Part shown: positions 26,698 through 41,756 of the stretch, one piece after another | Numbering within the stretch: position 1 is the first letter of the stretch | How the letters are laid out: every line of letters starts with the position of its first letter | Source of the DNA: Octopus sinensis | Taxonomy: Eukaryota | Reading direction: 5' to 3' | Length of the DNA stretch: 64,000 bases | Assembly: GCF_006345805.1 (NCBI RefSeq) | Contig: NC_042997.1 | Location: 112,592,001 to 112,656,000, forward strand | Program-made: the position numbers and the translations under genes | Notes under the pieces: model-generated | Database searches by the model: none | Told to the model about the DNA's origin: nothing | What the model saw: only the letters and a program-made list of their open reading frames with translations

Positions 26698-27871
26698 TGC
26701 CCTGTGTTTCTTTCAATTAATTTTAAATATAACAAAGAATTTAGTAAAATAATTTAGTTACCATTAAGCTAGTGTTAGGAACATAAATTGTGACTAAGGT
26801 TTGGTGGAAGGTTTGGTGGAAACTTTTGAAAACAAGACATTTGTACTACAGAGCTAGAGCTGGTTTCAAGCAGGTTGGTAACGAAAGGGTTAAGAATTGT
26901 TTCTCTATTATATATTTTGATCCTTTTGTTACCATATTTCTGTTGAGATGCCCTGTGTTTCTTTCAATTACTTTAAATATAACAAAGAATTTAGTAAAAT
27001 AACTTAGTTACCAATAAGCTAGTGTTAGGAACATAAATTGTGACTAAGATTTGATGGAAGATTTTAATTCAAAACTTATGAAAACAAGACTTCTTTGACC
27101 AGGGCTGGCAAGCTGGAAGGCTACACCAGACTCCAGTCTGATTTGGTATGGTTTCTATGTCTGGATGCCCTTTCTAACGCCAACCACTCTGAGAATATAA
27201 TGAGTGCTTTTACATGCCACAGCACGGGTGCCATTTGTGTGACACCGGTATCTGCCACAACTGTGATTTTGCTCGGCTTGATGGGTCTTCTTCTCAAGCA
27301 CAACATAATCCTTTCTATAATAGGCACAAGGCCTGAAATTTTGGGAGGGGGATAGTCAATTACATCGACCCCAATACTCAACTGGTACTTAATTTATCGA
27401 CCCCAAAAAAAATGAAAGGTAATGTCAACCTTGGCGCAATTTGAACTCAGAATATAGGTGACGGGCGAAATACTGCTAAGCATTTCGTCCAGTGTGCTAA
27501 CAATTCTGCCAGCTCGCCACTTTTCAAGCACAACATAATGCCAAAGGTCTTGGTCATTGCCTCTGTAAGGCCCAACACTTGAAAGGAGCTCAACCACTTT
27601 GCCTCTGTGAGGCCCAACGTTCCTGAACTAGAAGACACAAGTAGCTTCCCCCCTATCATACACACATATCTTTTACTGTTTATTTGTTTCAGTCATTAGA
27701 TGGTGGCCATGCTGGAGCACTGCCTCGAAGGATTTTCTAGTCAAACAAATCAACCTCAGTACTTGGTGCTTTATACGTGCCACAGCATGAATGCCAGTTA
27801 AACATAATTCTTAAACAATAATATTTTTTAAATGACAAAAAAAAACTATAAAAAAAAGGAAACACTCCTAC

Positions 27872-28171
27872 CTCTACATTGTTAACTTCATCTTTTTCAT
27901 TCTCTGCCTTTGGTTCCATTGGAACATTGCTAGAAGCAGCCTCTTTACTGAGATGGACTTTTGCAGCCTTCAACGATTTTTTATAAAGTGAATCGTGTTT
28001 GTGTCTGGGTAAGTTGAGAAGCAAATGAGGGAAAATGCCATTGCCAATGAGTGTTATTGTCTCTGGTTTGAAATGGTTCACTTGAATGCTGAAACTGGAA
28101 TTGAACTTGACAGGAAAACCAGGAAGATATTTGACCGTGAGAACCTGACTGTCTCCAGATTTTATATGACC
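27872..28171 (-). CDS. HYDIN: HYDIN exon 7 (GHIKSGDSQVLTVKYLPGFP...GNGIFPHLLLNLPR...NNVE)
   Basis: CTCCTAG acceptor, GTAGGA donor, 300 nt, phase 0-0. YLPG.P...G.GIFP....LPR motif. Follows an 18-kb intron. Confidence 0.88.
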
Positions 28172-29859
28172 CTAGGAGAGGTAAAGAAAAAAAACAATTA
28201 ATTGCAAACATAAAATAAAATGCAAACATAATTAATTGCAAACATAAAATAAAATGAAGGTTGTTTAGAATCAAAGTGAAATTAAAAGGAAAGAAAGAAC
28301 AAATCAAAATGATAGAATCAAATATAATAAGGTTTGCATACTGGTCTCTTTCATTTCATATACTCTTAGACACACACACACACATACAAACACACGGTAT
28401 TCTCATCCCAAATGGAGACAAGTGTCAACATTTCCATGCGGCATGCTTAAACAATTGTGAAGATCTCTTCACATGAAACCATTGGTTGCCTTGTTAACCC
28501 ACAAATAAAGTAAAGTATATAGGTACAAATGTGGCTGTGTGGTAAGAAGCTTGCTTCCAAACCATGATTCCAGGTTCAGTCCAACTGTGTGGTTGCTTGG
28601 CCAAGCGCCTTCTACTATTGCCTTAGGCCAACCAAAACCTTGTGAGTGAAATTGGTAGACAGAAAAACACTTTTCGTGTGCGTGTGTGTCTTTGTGCCAG
28701 TGTTTGTCCTCCACCACTGCTTGACAACCAGTGTTGGTGTGTTTACGTGCCTGTAACTTAGCAGTTCAGCAAATGTGACCGATAGAGTAAGTATGTGCCT
28801 TAATAAAAATAAAATAAGTACTGGGGTCGATTCATTTGACTAAAAATTCTTCAAGCTGGTGCCCCAGCATGGCCACAGTCTAATGACCAAAACAAGTATA
28901 AAATGAAAGATACATACACACACACACACATAAACATGTTAAATTGAGGTCATGCGGATGCAAATGTGGAATGAGGCTAGTTGTAATATTGTGTCTCAGA
29001 GAAACTTCTCAAGGAGAATTGCATGAAGCCCTATTCCTTCTTTAATGCCCAAGCCTCTTTGAGCAGTCTCGCTGGGACACAATATTACAGCTGGCACCGT
29101 CTCATGTTTGTATATACATTATAAAGATCATACACACTAGTATTTTAATCCAACACAGTTTCAAGTGCACTCACCCACCTACCTACATGCATACATATAT
29201 ATGCATATATATGAGTACAGGACGTCACCACCTGTGTAAACAATATTAAATATGAAAAGAAATGAGTTAAATGCGCAAACAAGAGAAAAAAAGGAAAAAC
29301 AGGACAAGTAAACACAGAGAATGACACTTCATCAGTTATTGGCTGTCTATCTACTCCTCATTTGGAGCATTCAATGACAATATGAGTCTTCAAAGACAGT
29401 CGATCCCATAAATTCTAAAATAAGATTTAGGATTTCTGGAGGGTCAAAGTTGGAAAGAAAAACAGGACAGTGGAGACACACAAGGAAACCAAACGGAAAC
29501 AAACATGGAAGGTCGTTAGACCAGAACAAGAGGAAAATATTGAACGCTGGGGGAAATATTTTCTTTGAAAAGACAAAAGATAGAAGATAGAGAAAGAAAA
29601 TGTCCTGTCTTTTGAACGTTTATGCAGGAAAAGAAAGATGGTGACATGAGGAAAAGAAAGATGGATGATGGTCATGTTGAAATTCATAGAAAAACAAAAG
29701 ACGAAGACAGCTGTATGAACAACAAGTAACTGTATTAGTTTGACGCTTGGGAAAACAAAAGTTTTTAACATTTCGAGCCTTTGTTCCTCAACAGAAAGGA
29801 ATAAGAGGAAATAAAGTGAGGGAGAATGAAAAAAACTTGTATATTTCGGTGGCCCAGCA

Positions 29860-29891
<32 letters not shown>

Positions 29892-30564
29892 CACACATAT
29901 ATACACATATATATATATATATACACACATATATATATACACACATATATACACATATATATATATATATATACACACATATATATACACACACATATAT
30001 ATACACACACATATATATATACATACATATATATATATACATATATATATATACATATATATATATACATATATATATATACATATACATATATACATAT
30101 ACATATATACATATATATATATACATATATCATCATCATCATCATCGTTTAACGTCCGTTTTCCATGCTAGCATAGGTTGGACGGTTTGACCAGGGTCTG
30201 GGAAGCCAGGAGGCTGCACTAGGCTGCAGTCTGATCTGGCAGTGTTTCTACAGCTGGATGCCCTTCCTAACGCCAACCACTCCGTGAGTGTAGTAGGTGC
30301 TTTTTACGTGCCACCGGCACATGGACCAGAGGTGGCTGGCAAATGGCCACGATCAGTTGGTGCTTTTACGTGTCACCAACACGGACGCCAGTCAGGAGGC
30401 ACTAGCATCTGCCATGTTCGGACGGTGCTTTTAATGTGTCACCAGCACGGGTATCTTAACTACAATTTCCATTTGATTTTCATTTTGATGTTGGTGTTAA
30501 CGCACTTGGCTCAATAGGTCTCCTCAAGAACAGCGGGATATATATATATATATATATATGAAGT

Positions 30565-30614
<50 letters not shown>

Positions 30615-30689
30615 ATACATATGTATATATATATATACATATACATATATATACATATATATACAATATATATATACATATATATATAT

Positions 30690-31478
30690 TGTTGTGGGTT
30701 CAGCTTAAGGACAGTTGGCTGTGACCTACTTTGGAATATATCCATTGTCCTGTCAGATTCAGGTGGATTGATTGGTTCTGGGTAGACCTGCGACCCCTTT
30801 CGGGTGAACTAAAGTTCGTTCTAAACACCCCTTAAAGAAGGAAGAATCTAGTGACAGTGAAGAAGAGGAAGAAGAAAGTAGTGAGGAAGACAGATTAAGG
30901 AACTTGAGAGCTGGTAGAGAGAGTGACAGTGACAGCATCGATGAGGACAGGCACATAGGACCAAGCGGCGATAGAGAGAGTATTAGAGCAGAGAGAGATA
31001 GAGCAGAGAGACATTGTGTACAGAGTTGTTGAAGAGAGAACTGTGTAATGAACATTGAACTGTATAGGCCTTTAATGTCCTTTGAACTGTAACTTTAATG
31101 TGTTTTGAAACAGAACTGTTGTCTCCAGACGTGTACTCTTGAAATGCTGTTGTTATTGCATTTGATGTGTTGTTACCCGGACAGTTTAAATGCTGTGATG
31201 TGTTGATTCTGTTACTTGCTTATATTTACCTGTTGTATACCTGTTTCTTGCATGTGTTATCTTTAAATGTACTTGATGTTGTAATAGTCATATAAACTAG
31301 TTGTTAAACGTAGCCAATTGCCTTCCGCTGTATCTCTGTGTCTCTTCTTCCTGCTGCTGTTGTTGTCATTGTGTCTCTCTCTCCTCTCCGAGTTTCCGTG
31401 GCGAACATTCGCTGATCGAACGGGCCTGTGGGAGGGATTCCGTAACAGCTTTCGTTCTTCGGAGGTCCCCTCGTAACA
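30690..31478 (+). mobile_element. LTR of a Gypsy-like retrotransposon
   Basis: TGTTG...TAACA termini, followed after 2 nt by a PBS and a gag-like ORF start (31533). No partner LTR in the window. Confidence 0.7.
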
Positions 31479-31480
31479 AT

Positions 31481-31498
31481 TGGTGTCAGAAGTGGGAT
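31481..31498 (+). promoter_or_regulatory. Primer-binding site TGGTGTCAGAAGTGGGAT
   Basis: Complement of a tRNA-Leu 3' end (ATCCCACTTCTGACA-CCA); a PBS well known from Gypsy elements. Confidence 0.8.
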
Positions 31499-31970
31499 TT
31501 TCCTGATTGCTGCGCTCGATCGGCTTTTCGCTATGGATTCGTCTGGTGGTCAGACTGGGGAGGAGGAGATTTCACTTGCCTTGATTACAGAGATGTTGAG
31601 GGGCCAGATGATGCAGACAAACACATTCTTGGAAAGGATGGACAAGAGGCGACAGGGCCTGTGGGCAGATCGGGAAGAGCTAGAGGTTATGGATGGGTCA
31701 GCTTTGGAGGATCGGTGTCGGACCGGGGATAGCGACTGTCCTGTGGGCGGAGATTGCCCGTCAAATGAAGCATCAAGTGAAATAGATAATGAAGGAAGTG
31801 TTGCGGAACCTGGGTTGGTTGCCGAAATTTGTGATGCTGGACCGGAAGTGGTTACGGAAACTGAAGCGTATGTTGCTGAGACCGATGTTAAGAAAACCGA
31901 AAAGCCTGCTGCGTGTGTGATGGCTGATGCTGTTGTCCCATATCTGGAGCCCTTGGCGTCTCGACCCCTC

Positions 31971-32070
31971 NNNNNNNNNNNNNNNNNNNNNNNNNNNNNN
32001 NNNNNNNNNNNNNNNNNNNNNNNNNNNNNNNNNNNNNNNNNNNNNNNNNNNNNNNNNNNNNNNNNNNNNN
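31971..32070. other. Assembly gap (100 N)
   Basis: Run of N. Confidence 1.
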
Positions 32071-35000
32071 TCCAACCGGCAGCAAGGGCCATGGAGACGG
32101 GAGAACCCAGTGAAGAGGTAGAGGGAGGAAGAAGAACTAAAAGAAGGACTGGAAGAGCTAAAGGAAAAGAAAAGCTCAAGCAGGACCAAGAGAGAAACAA
32201 CCAGGAGCAGAAGTGGAACTGCAAAGGATGGAACCAAACAGCGCACACGGGTGTGGTATGTTCTACCTGAGAGGTTCCTGCTGGCACGGAAAGGAAGGTG
32301 CAGGCTGCCGCTTTGCACATCGGGGACCCTGCCACAGAGACACGAGGCAGATGGACAAACCATCAACACAAAGAAAAGGGATGGACTACGCACCACCTGC
32401 CCCAAAGCGGAGGTACGCAGATGTTGTGCGCGCCACAAACAGCCAACATGATGTTGTCGAAAGAGCAGCTGCTGAGCAACAATCTTTTTTGTGCATGGCA
32501 CAAAAGATTGTACAGCAGCGCTGACCTGGCTTCATCAAACCCAAGCCCGCAGGTGGGACTACCCACTATATACCAGACCACCACAGCAAACAGACACAGG
32601 ATGGACCGCCGGCAACAACGTACACCTCACCTCGATACTCCTACTGAACATCAGAGGACTGCTGCAAACACTCAGTAACAGGACAAAGATCCCATTCCTG
32701 AGAGACTTTGTTGCATGCAATCAAGCCTTATGCATAGCACTTACAGAAACGCACCTGAAACCGGACATAGCAGATGCGGAGTTACACATACCACAGTATG
32801 CTGTACTACGGACCGACAGGAAGAAAGGAGTCATGGAGGTGTTGCTATGTACATCCGTGAGGACCTCACACCCCAGGTCCTCTTGTCATACTCAAACTCG
32901 TGTGTGACACACTATTGTACATATTAGGCAACTTGATGTAGTTGTGTGTGCTACATATCGCCCTCCAGATGCCCCAAGCCACGTGGGCAAGTTTGAAGAC
33001 TGCCTTATAAAAATAGAAGAAATTCTAACCACATTAGAACAACACATAGGTGTGCTTCTTATGGGAGACTTCAATCTGCCCAATGTCAGATGGCCCGAGG
33101 GCCTTTCTCTCCCAGGAATGACAAGATGTGAACGAGGACAGGCGAGGTCCCTCCTGAACCTCATCAACACCCTGTACATGGAGCAGGTAATACTCCAACC
33201 AACCAGGCAGGTAACACACTGGATCTCTGCTTCACAAATGACATGGATCTCATCCATAATGTGAAAGTGACACCGACACTACTCTCGGATCACAACATGA
33301 TAGAGCTGACCATGTACGGGCCAAAGAGAGCACGGACATGCAGCCTACAAGAACCCTCAAAATCTTTCCAGCTTGAACTACCATAAGGCAAACTGGAAAC
33401 AAATTGAGAAAGAGATCCTCAAACAAAACTGGCCTAAATGTCTCTCCTCGCCAGACATCGACGTGAAACTTCAACAATTCATGTCTGTAATGCAAGCCAT
33501 ATGCTACAAATGTGTCCCAGAGAGAAAGGCCACTGTACACAAGAACAAAATCCCCAGAGAGAGGAAAATTTAATGAGACGGCGTACGAAATTTTCAAATC
33601 GCCTAAACAAACAGATTGAAAGCAGTGAAAAGTCCCGCCTAAAAATAAAACTGTTGGAAATCGAAAAATGTCTGCAACTCTCCCATGAAAAAGAAAGAGC
33701 AGACAAAGAAGCCTGGGCTATAGAAAACATAAAATCTAACCCCAGAGCTTTCTACAGGTATGCCAAAGAAACAGCTACAGTGCACTGTAGAATAGGGCCA
33801 CTCCTTGAAAAGGATGGCACACTTACAGGAAAACCAATGAGGGTAAGTGAAATACTGAATGAGCAATTCAAGAGTGTTTTCACTCCACCCCTTGGGCATC
33901 TCCAAATCACCAATCCAACTGACTTTTTTACCACTGCAGATATAAAATCAGAGGCGGCGGCGATAGATTACATCGATATAAAGGAAGACGATGTAACCAA
34001 GGCTATAGATGAAATGAAAACAGACTCCTAAAAGCATGTAAGAGAGTCCTAGCAAGACCACTGCAGTTCCTCTTTCAGAGCTTCCTTGCAGCTGGCAAAC
34101 TTCCAGGAAAACTGAAGGAAGGTAAAATATGCCCCATTCATAAAGGAGGTAGCAGAGCGGAAGCCAAGAACTATAGACCTATCTCTCTGACCTCACACAT
34201 CAGCAAGGTCATGGAACGAATAGTCAGAAGGAAGCTGATCACCTTCCTGAAGAGAATGACTTGCTGCCCGACACCCAACATGGTTTCCGACCAGGGAGAA
34301 GCTGTTTAACTCAGCTCCTACAACACTATGACTGGGTGCTGAAACGGCTGCACAACCACTCAAATGTGGAAGTGATATATCTCGACTTTGCAAAGGCCTT
34401 TGATAAAGTCGATCATGGAATGATATGTCACAAACTGCGTGATCTCAACATAGTTGGAAAACTGGGAGAATGGCTTCATGACTTTCTGAAGGATAGAAGT
34501 CAGGTGGTAGTAGCCAATGGGGCCACATCCATTAACACACAAATAGTGAGCGGTGTTCCGCAGGGCACTGTTCTGGGACCAGTACTGTTCATAATGGCCC
34601 TCTCAGACATGCCCTCAGCCACGCAGAGAGCCACGATCACAAGTTATGCAGATGATACAAAAGTTTCACAGGCAATACAGAACCCTGAGGACACTAAACA
34701 CCTGCAATGTGACCTGGACGAAATCTACAAGTGGGCTGAAAAGAATAGCATGCAGTTCAATGCTGGAAAGTTTCAAGCTTTATACTATCAGCATGCAAAA
34801 CTGAATGCAATACCCAATGAATACACTGGACCCGGAGGGATTGCAATCCCAGAGGCACAATCAGTGCGTGACCTGGGTATTTCATGAGTGATGACGCGAC
34901 CTTTCATGTACATGTTGCTAAACTGACAATGAAATGTAGACGGCTGGCTGGATGGATTCTTAGAACCTTTAGAACAAGAGAACAAGAAACCATGATGGTC

Positions 35001-35640
35001 CTCTGGAAGACACTTGTCCTAAGCCACTTTGACTATTGCTCTCAGCTATGGTCACCATCCAGTGTCAAGTTGATCACAGAACTTGAGGCGATCCAACGAA
35101 GCTACACAAAGAAGATAGCCTCTATGCAGAATGTAAGCTACTGGGAAAGACTCAAGAGATTAAAATTATATTCCCTGGAGCGTAGGCGGGAAAGATATGC
35201 CATAATATACATCTGGAAGATCCTGGAGGGAAGTGTCCTGAACTTTGGCATCGAGAGTTACGCAAATGCCAGAACTGGGCGCCACTGCGTGGTGCCTAGG
35301 ACTCCAAACCTGCCATCAAGATGTAGGACAAGATTCTGTGATAGCCTGGGCTTTCGAGGCCCACAGCTCTTCAATATCCTCCCGAAGAACCTGAGAGACC
35401 TGCATGGGGTGGATACAGATGTCTTTAAAATGAAGCTGGATCTCTTCCTGTCAGGTGTCCCAGATGAACCAACTTCAAGGCAGGAGGGGCAGATGAGGGC
35501 AGCTGCATCGAACTCTCTCATGCACCAAATAGCAGTTGCTAGAAAGCCTCCATGAAGTGAACCAAGTAGCAACACCAAATGGCGGTGCCCCAGCATGGCC
35601 ACAGCTCATAAGCTGAAACTAGAATCAATCAATCAATCAT
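32071..35640 (+). mobile_element. CR1-clade LINE, frameshifted: ORF1 end with CCCH finger, APE endonuclease, RT, (ATCA)n tail
   Basis: CGMFYLRGSCWHGKEGAGCRFAH; LNIRGL, ALTETHL, YRPPD, MGDFNLP; QHGFRPGRSC, YLDFAKAFDKVDH, GVPQGTVLGP, YADDTK; split over at least six ORF pieces. Confidence 0.88.
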
Positions 35641-35707
35641 ATATTACATACATATAATATATATATACATACATATATATAATATATATATATACATAAA
35701 TAATATA

Positions 35708-35738
<31 letters not shown>

Positions 35739-36172
35739 CATACATACATATATATATAATACATACATATATATTATTACATACATATACATATATATAT
35801 ATACATACATACATATATAATACATACATACATTATATATATACATATATATATACATACATACATATATATATACATACATACATATATATATTACATA
35901 TACATATATATATATATACATATATACATATATATATATACATATATATATTAATACATAACTATATATATACATACATACATATATATATATACATACA
36001 TACATATATATATATACATACATACATATATATATATACATTACATACATATATACATACTAAATATATATATACATTACTACATATATTATATATACAT
36101 AATATATATATATTACATATATATATATATATATACCTATATATATTATATATATATACATATATATATATA

Positions 36173-36203
<31 letters not shown>

Positions 36204-36251
36204 TATACATATATATATATATATATATACATATATTATATATATATACAT

Positions 36252-36285
<34 letters not shown>

Positions 36286-36529
36286 CATATAATATATATA
36301 TATATACTATATATATACATACATATTATATATATATATACATACTATATATATATATAACATACATATATATTATATATATATATATATACATACATAT
36401 ATATATATTATATATATACATATAATATATATACATACATACATATATATATATATATACATACCTATATATATATATACATACCTATATATATATATAC
36501 ATACCTATATATATATATAACATATTATA

Positions 36530-36563
<34 letters not shown>

Positions 36564-36693
36564 CAATATATATAGATATATATACATACATATATATATA
36601 TATACATACATGTATATATATAATATATACATATATATATATATATACATACATATTATATATATACATTACATATATATATAGATATATACA

Positions 36694-36745
<52 letters not shown>

Positions 36746-36751
36746 CATACA

Positions 36752-36783
<32 letters not shown>

Positions 36784-36949
36784 CAAACATATATAATATA
36801 CATACATATATATATATATACATACATTATATATATATATATATACATACATATATATATATATACATACATAATATATATATATACATACATATATATA
36901 TAATATATACATACATATATATATATATATTACATACATATATATATAT

Positions 36950-36980
<31 letters not shown>

Positions 36981-37650
36981 CATACCTATATATATATATA
37001 TACAACCCACTACACTCACGGAGTGGTTGGCGTTAGGAAGGGCATCCAGCCGTAGAAACACTGCCAGATTTGACTGGGCCTGATGAAGCCTTCTGGCTTC
37101 ACAGACCCCAGTAGAACCGTCCAACCCATGCTAGCATGGAAAACGGACGCTAAATGATGATGATGATGATGATGATACCTATATATATATATATATACAT
37201 ACATATATATATATACATACATACATATATATATATACATACATATATATATATATATATACATACATATATATATATATACATACATATATATATACAT
37301 ATACATACATATATACATATACATACATATATACATATACATACATATATATATACATATATATACATAACCATTATATAACATATACATACATATTATA
37401 TACATATATATCTATGTATACATATAATATATATATATACATATATATATACATACATATTATATATATATATATATATACAATATATAAATATATAATA
37501 TATATTATACATACATATATAATAAATATACATACATATCTATACATACATATATATATATACATACATACATATACAACATATATTATATACTACGTAC
37601 ATATATATATATACATACATTAACATACATATATATATACATTACATATA

Positions 37651-37686
<36 letters not shown>

Positions 37687-37804
37687 ACATATACATACAT
37701 ATATATATACATACATATATATATACATACATATATATATATATACATATACATACATATATATATATATATACATATACATACATACATATATATATAT
37801 ACAT

Positions 37805-37835
<31 letters not shown>

Positions 37836-38696
37836 CATACATACATATATATATATATATAATACATACATACACATATACTCTTTTACTTGTTTCAGTC
37901 ATTTGACTGCGGCCATGCTGGAGCACCGCCTTTAGTCGAGCAAATCGACCGCAGGACTTATTCTTTGTAAGCCCAGTACTTATTCTATCGGTCTCTTTTG
38001 CCGAACCGCTAAGTGACGGGGACGTAAACACACCAGCATCGGTTGTCATGCAATGCTAGAGGGACAAACACAGACACACAAACATACACATACATATATA
38101 TACATATACATATATACGATAGGCTTCTTTCAGTTTCCATCTACCAAATCCACTCACAAGGCATTGGTCGGCCCGGGGCTATAGCAGAAGACACTTGCCC
38201 AAGATGCCACACAGTGGGACTGAACCAGGAACTATGTGGTTGGTTAGCAAGCTACTTACCACAGAGCCACTCCTGCGCCTATATATATATACATACACAT
38301 ATATATACATACACATATATACATACACATATATATATACATACATATATATATATACATACATATATATACATACACATATATATATACATACATATAT
38401 ATATATACATACATATATATATATATACATATATATATATACATACATATATATATACATATACATATATATATACATACATATATATATATACATACAT
38501 TATATATATATACATACATACCTATATATATATATACATACCTATATATATATATACATACATACATATATAATATATATATATACATTATATATATATA
38601 ATAGATACATACATACATATATATATATATACATACCTATATATATATATATATACATACATATATATATATACATATACATACATATATATATAT

Positions 38697-38727
<31 letters not shown>

Positions 38728-39189
38728 CATACATAATATATAGATACATACATAAATAATATATATATACATACATATATATATATATCTATATATATAA
38801 TACATACATATATTATATACATACAATATATATATATATATACCTACATATATATATATACATACATATATATATTATATCTATACATACATATATATAT
38901 ACATACATATATATGTACATACATATATATATATGTATACATACATAGATATATACGTATACATACATATATATATACGTATACATACATATATATATAC
39001 ATACATACATCTTATACATACATACATATATATATATACATACATAACATATATATATATACATACAAACTATATATATAACATACATATATATATAACA
39101 TATATATATATACATACATATATATATATATACATATATATATATAATATATACATATATATATATATATACATACATATATATATTAC

Positions 39190-39222
<33 letters not shown>

Positions 39223-39435
39223 ACATACATATTATATATAGACATACATACATATATATATATACATACCTACATATATATATACATACATATATATAAT
39301 ATACATACATATATATATATACATACACATACATATATATTATACATACATATATATATACATACATATATATATTACATACATATATATATATATTATA
39401 GATACATATACATACATATATATATATATATACAT

Positions 39436-39466
<31 letters not shown>

Positions 39467-40011
39467 CATACATATAATATATATTATACATACATATATA
39501 TATATATATTACATACATACACATATACTCTTTTACTCTTTTACTTGTTTCAGTCATTGACTGCGGCCATGCTGGAGCACCGCCTTTAGTCGAGCAAATC
39601 GACCCCAGGACTTATTCTTTGTAAGCCCAGTACTTATTCTATCGGTCTCTTTTGCCGAACCGCTAAGTGACGGGGACGTAAACACACCAGCATCGGTTGT
39701 CATGCAATGCTAGAGGACAAACACAGACACACAAACATACACATAATATTAACAATACATATATCGATAGGCTTCTTTCAGTTTCCATCTACCAAATCCA
39801 CTCACAAGGCATTGGTCGGCTGGGGCTATGCAGAAGACACTTGCCCAAGATGCCACAACAGTGGGACTGAACCAGGAACCATGTGGTTGTTAGCAAGCTA
39901 CCTACCACAGAGCCACTCCTGCGCCTATAGATATACATACCATAATATATACATACACATATACATAACATATACACATATATAATATATACATATAGAT
40001 ATATATACTAC

Positions 40012-40046
<35 letters not shown>

Positions 40047-40308
40047 GATACATACACATATATATACATACACATATATATATATACACATATGTATATA
40101 TATATATACATATATATACTATATATATATATACATATATTATATATATACATACACATATATATACAACAATATATATACATATATATATAATATATAT
40201 ACACATACACATATATATACATATATTATATATCTATATATATATACATATATATATATCTACTTATATATATATACATATATATATATATACTATATAT
40301 ATATCTAC

Positions 40309-40339
<31 letters not shown>

Positions 40340-40520
40340 ATATATATATAGATACATTATATATACATATATATATACATATATATATATACATATATAT
40401 AACATATAATATATATATACATCATATTATATATACATATAATATACATATATCATATACTATACATATATATATATATACATATAGATACATATTATAT
40501 ATATATATATCTATATACAT

Positions 40521-40558
<38 letters not shown>

Positions 40559-40661
40559 CTATATATATATTACATATATATACATATACATATATATATA
40601 TATATACATATATACATATATACATATATATATACATACACATATATATATATACATATAT
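35640..40661. repeat. Degenerate (TA)n/(TACA)n expanse with embedded SINE and RTE-tail copies
   Basis: Direct reading; source of the spurious YI/MYV ORFs. Confidence 0.97.
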
Positions 40662-41004
40662 ATGACTAATGTCCCTCTTAGCGTGTGGCATGTATGTATA
40701 TTAATGCCCTCTATATATAAATTAATATGTTCAATAAGAAAGAATTATTTTCGAAATTTTTATCTTAGGTTTTTCACGCTATCTACCTGATAATTTCTGT
40801 TATTAGATTCCTTATTAAGAGGTTATCCTTAATTGTTAAATAATTTTATTCCGAAAAACTTTTCCCACCCGAAATGCAATTCGAAGAAGCCTGCCATTTA
40901 CCGGATGTATTATATGTAAACTCCCCCATGTGCTTCGTTGTTGAACAGTTAGCTGTTTAGCTTCGACAAGACGAGGTCGTTTATTTATGATACGTTCAGA
41001 ACCA

Positions 41005-41041
41005 GTCTTGCTGATGAGTACGTAAGTACGAAATCACAGGT
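41005..41041 (+). pseudogene. Truncated hammerhead (cleavage site and 3' stem I strand deleted)
   Basis: A 25-nt deletion joins TCACAGGT to CTTGC at a GT microhomology. The same deletion is in the copy at 41611-41647. Confidence 0.75.
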
Positions 41042-41154
41042 CTTGCTTTGAAAAATTGCATTGGGTAGAATTAGTAAAATTTTTGGTAGAAGGTAAAATG
41101 ACTAATGTCCCTCTTACAAGACGAGGTCGTTTATTTATGATACGTTCAGAACCA

Positions 41155-41200
41155 GTCTTGCTGATGAGTACGTAAGTACGAATCACAGGTGATACAAGAC
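41155..41200 (+). ncRNA. Type I hammerhead copy with GAA instead of GAAA
   Basis: All stems intact but one core A is missing; either a real lesion or a homopolymer sequencing error. Confidence 0.6.
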
Positions 41201-41610
41201 TTAATTTTTAAATGTCTTGCTTTCAAAAATTGCATTTGGGTAGAATTAGTAAAATTTTTTGGTAGAAATGACTAATGTCCCTCTTAGCGTGTGGCATGTA
41301 TGTATAAAATGCCCTCTATATATAAATTAATATGTTCAATAAGAAAGAATTATTTTCGAAATTTTTTCTATTAGGTTTTTCACGCTATCTACCTGATAAT
41401 TTCTTGTTAAGATTCCTTATTAAGAGGTTATCCTTAATTGTTAAATAATTTTATTCCGAAAAAACTTTTCCCACCCGAAATGCAATTCGAAGAAGCCTGC
41501 CATTTACCGGATGTATTATATGTAAACTCCCCCATGTGCTTCGTTGTTGAACAGTTAGCTGTTTAGCTTCGACAAGACGAGGTCGTTTATTTATGATACG
41601 TTCAGAACCA

Positions 41611-41647
41611 GTCTTGCTGATGAGTACGTAAGTACGAAATCACAGGT
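41611..41647 (+). pseudogene. Truncated hammerhead, second copy
   Basis: Same 25-nt deletion as 41005-41041. Confidence 0.75.
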
Positions 41648-41756
41648 CTTGCTTTGAAAAATTGCATTTGGGTAGAATTAGTAAAATTTTTGGTAGAAAT
41701 GACTAATGTCCCTCTTAACAAGACGAGGTCGTTTATTTATGATACGTTCAGAACCA

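Noticed and set aside
31533-32270. 245-aa ORF as one protein
   Set aside because: Spans the N gap and joins gag-like and CR1 ORF1-like sequence.
37077-37095. CTGATGA here and at about 10084, 26598-26605 (minus) and 47162
   Set aside because: No correctly spaced GAAA or stems; part of RTE-tail or Helitron sequence or chance.
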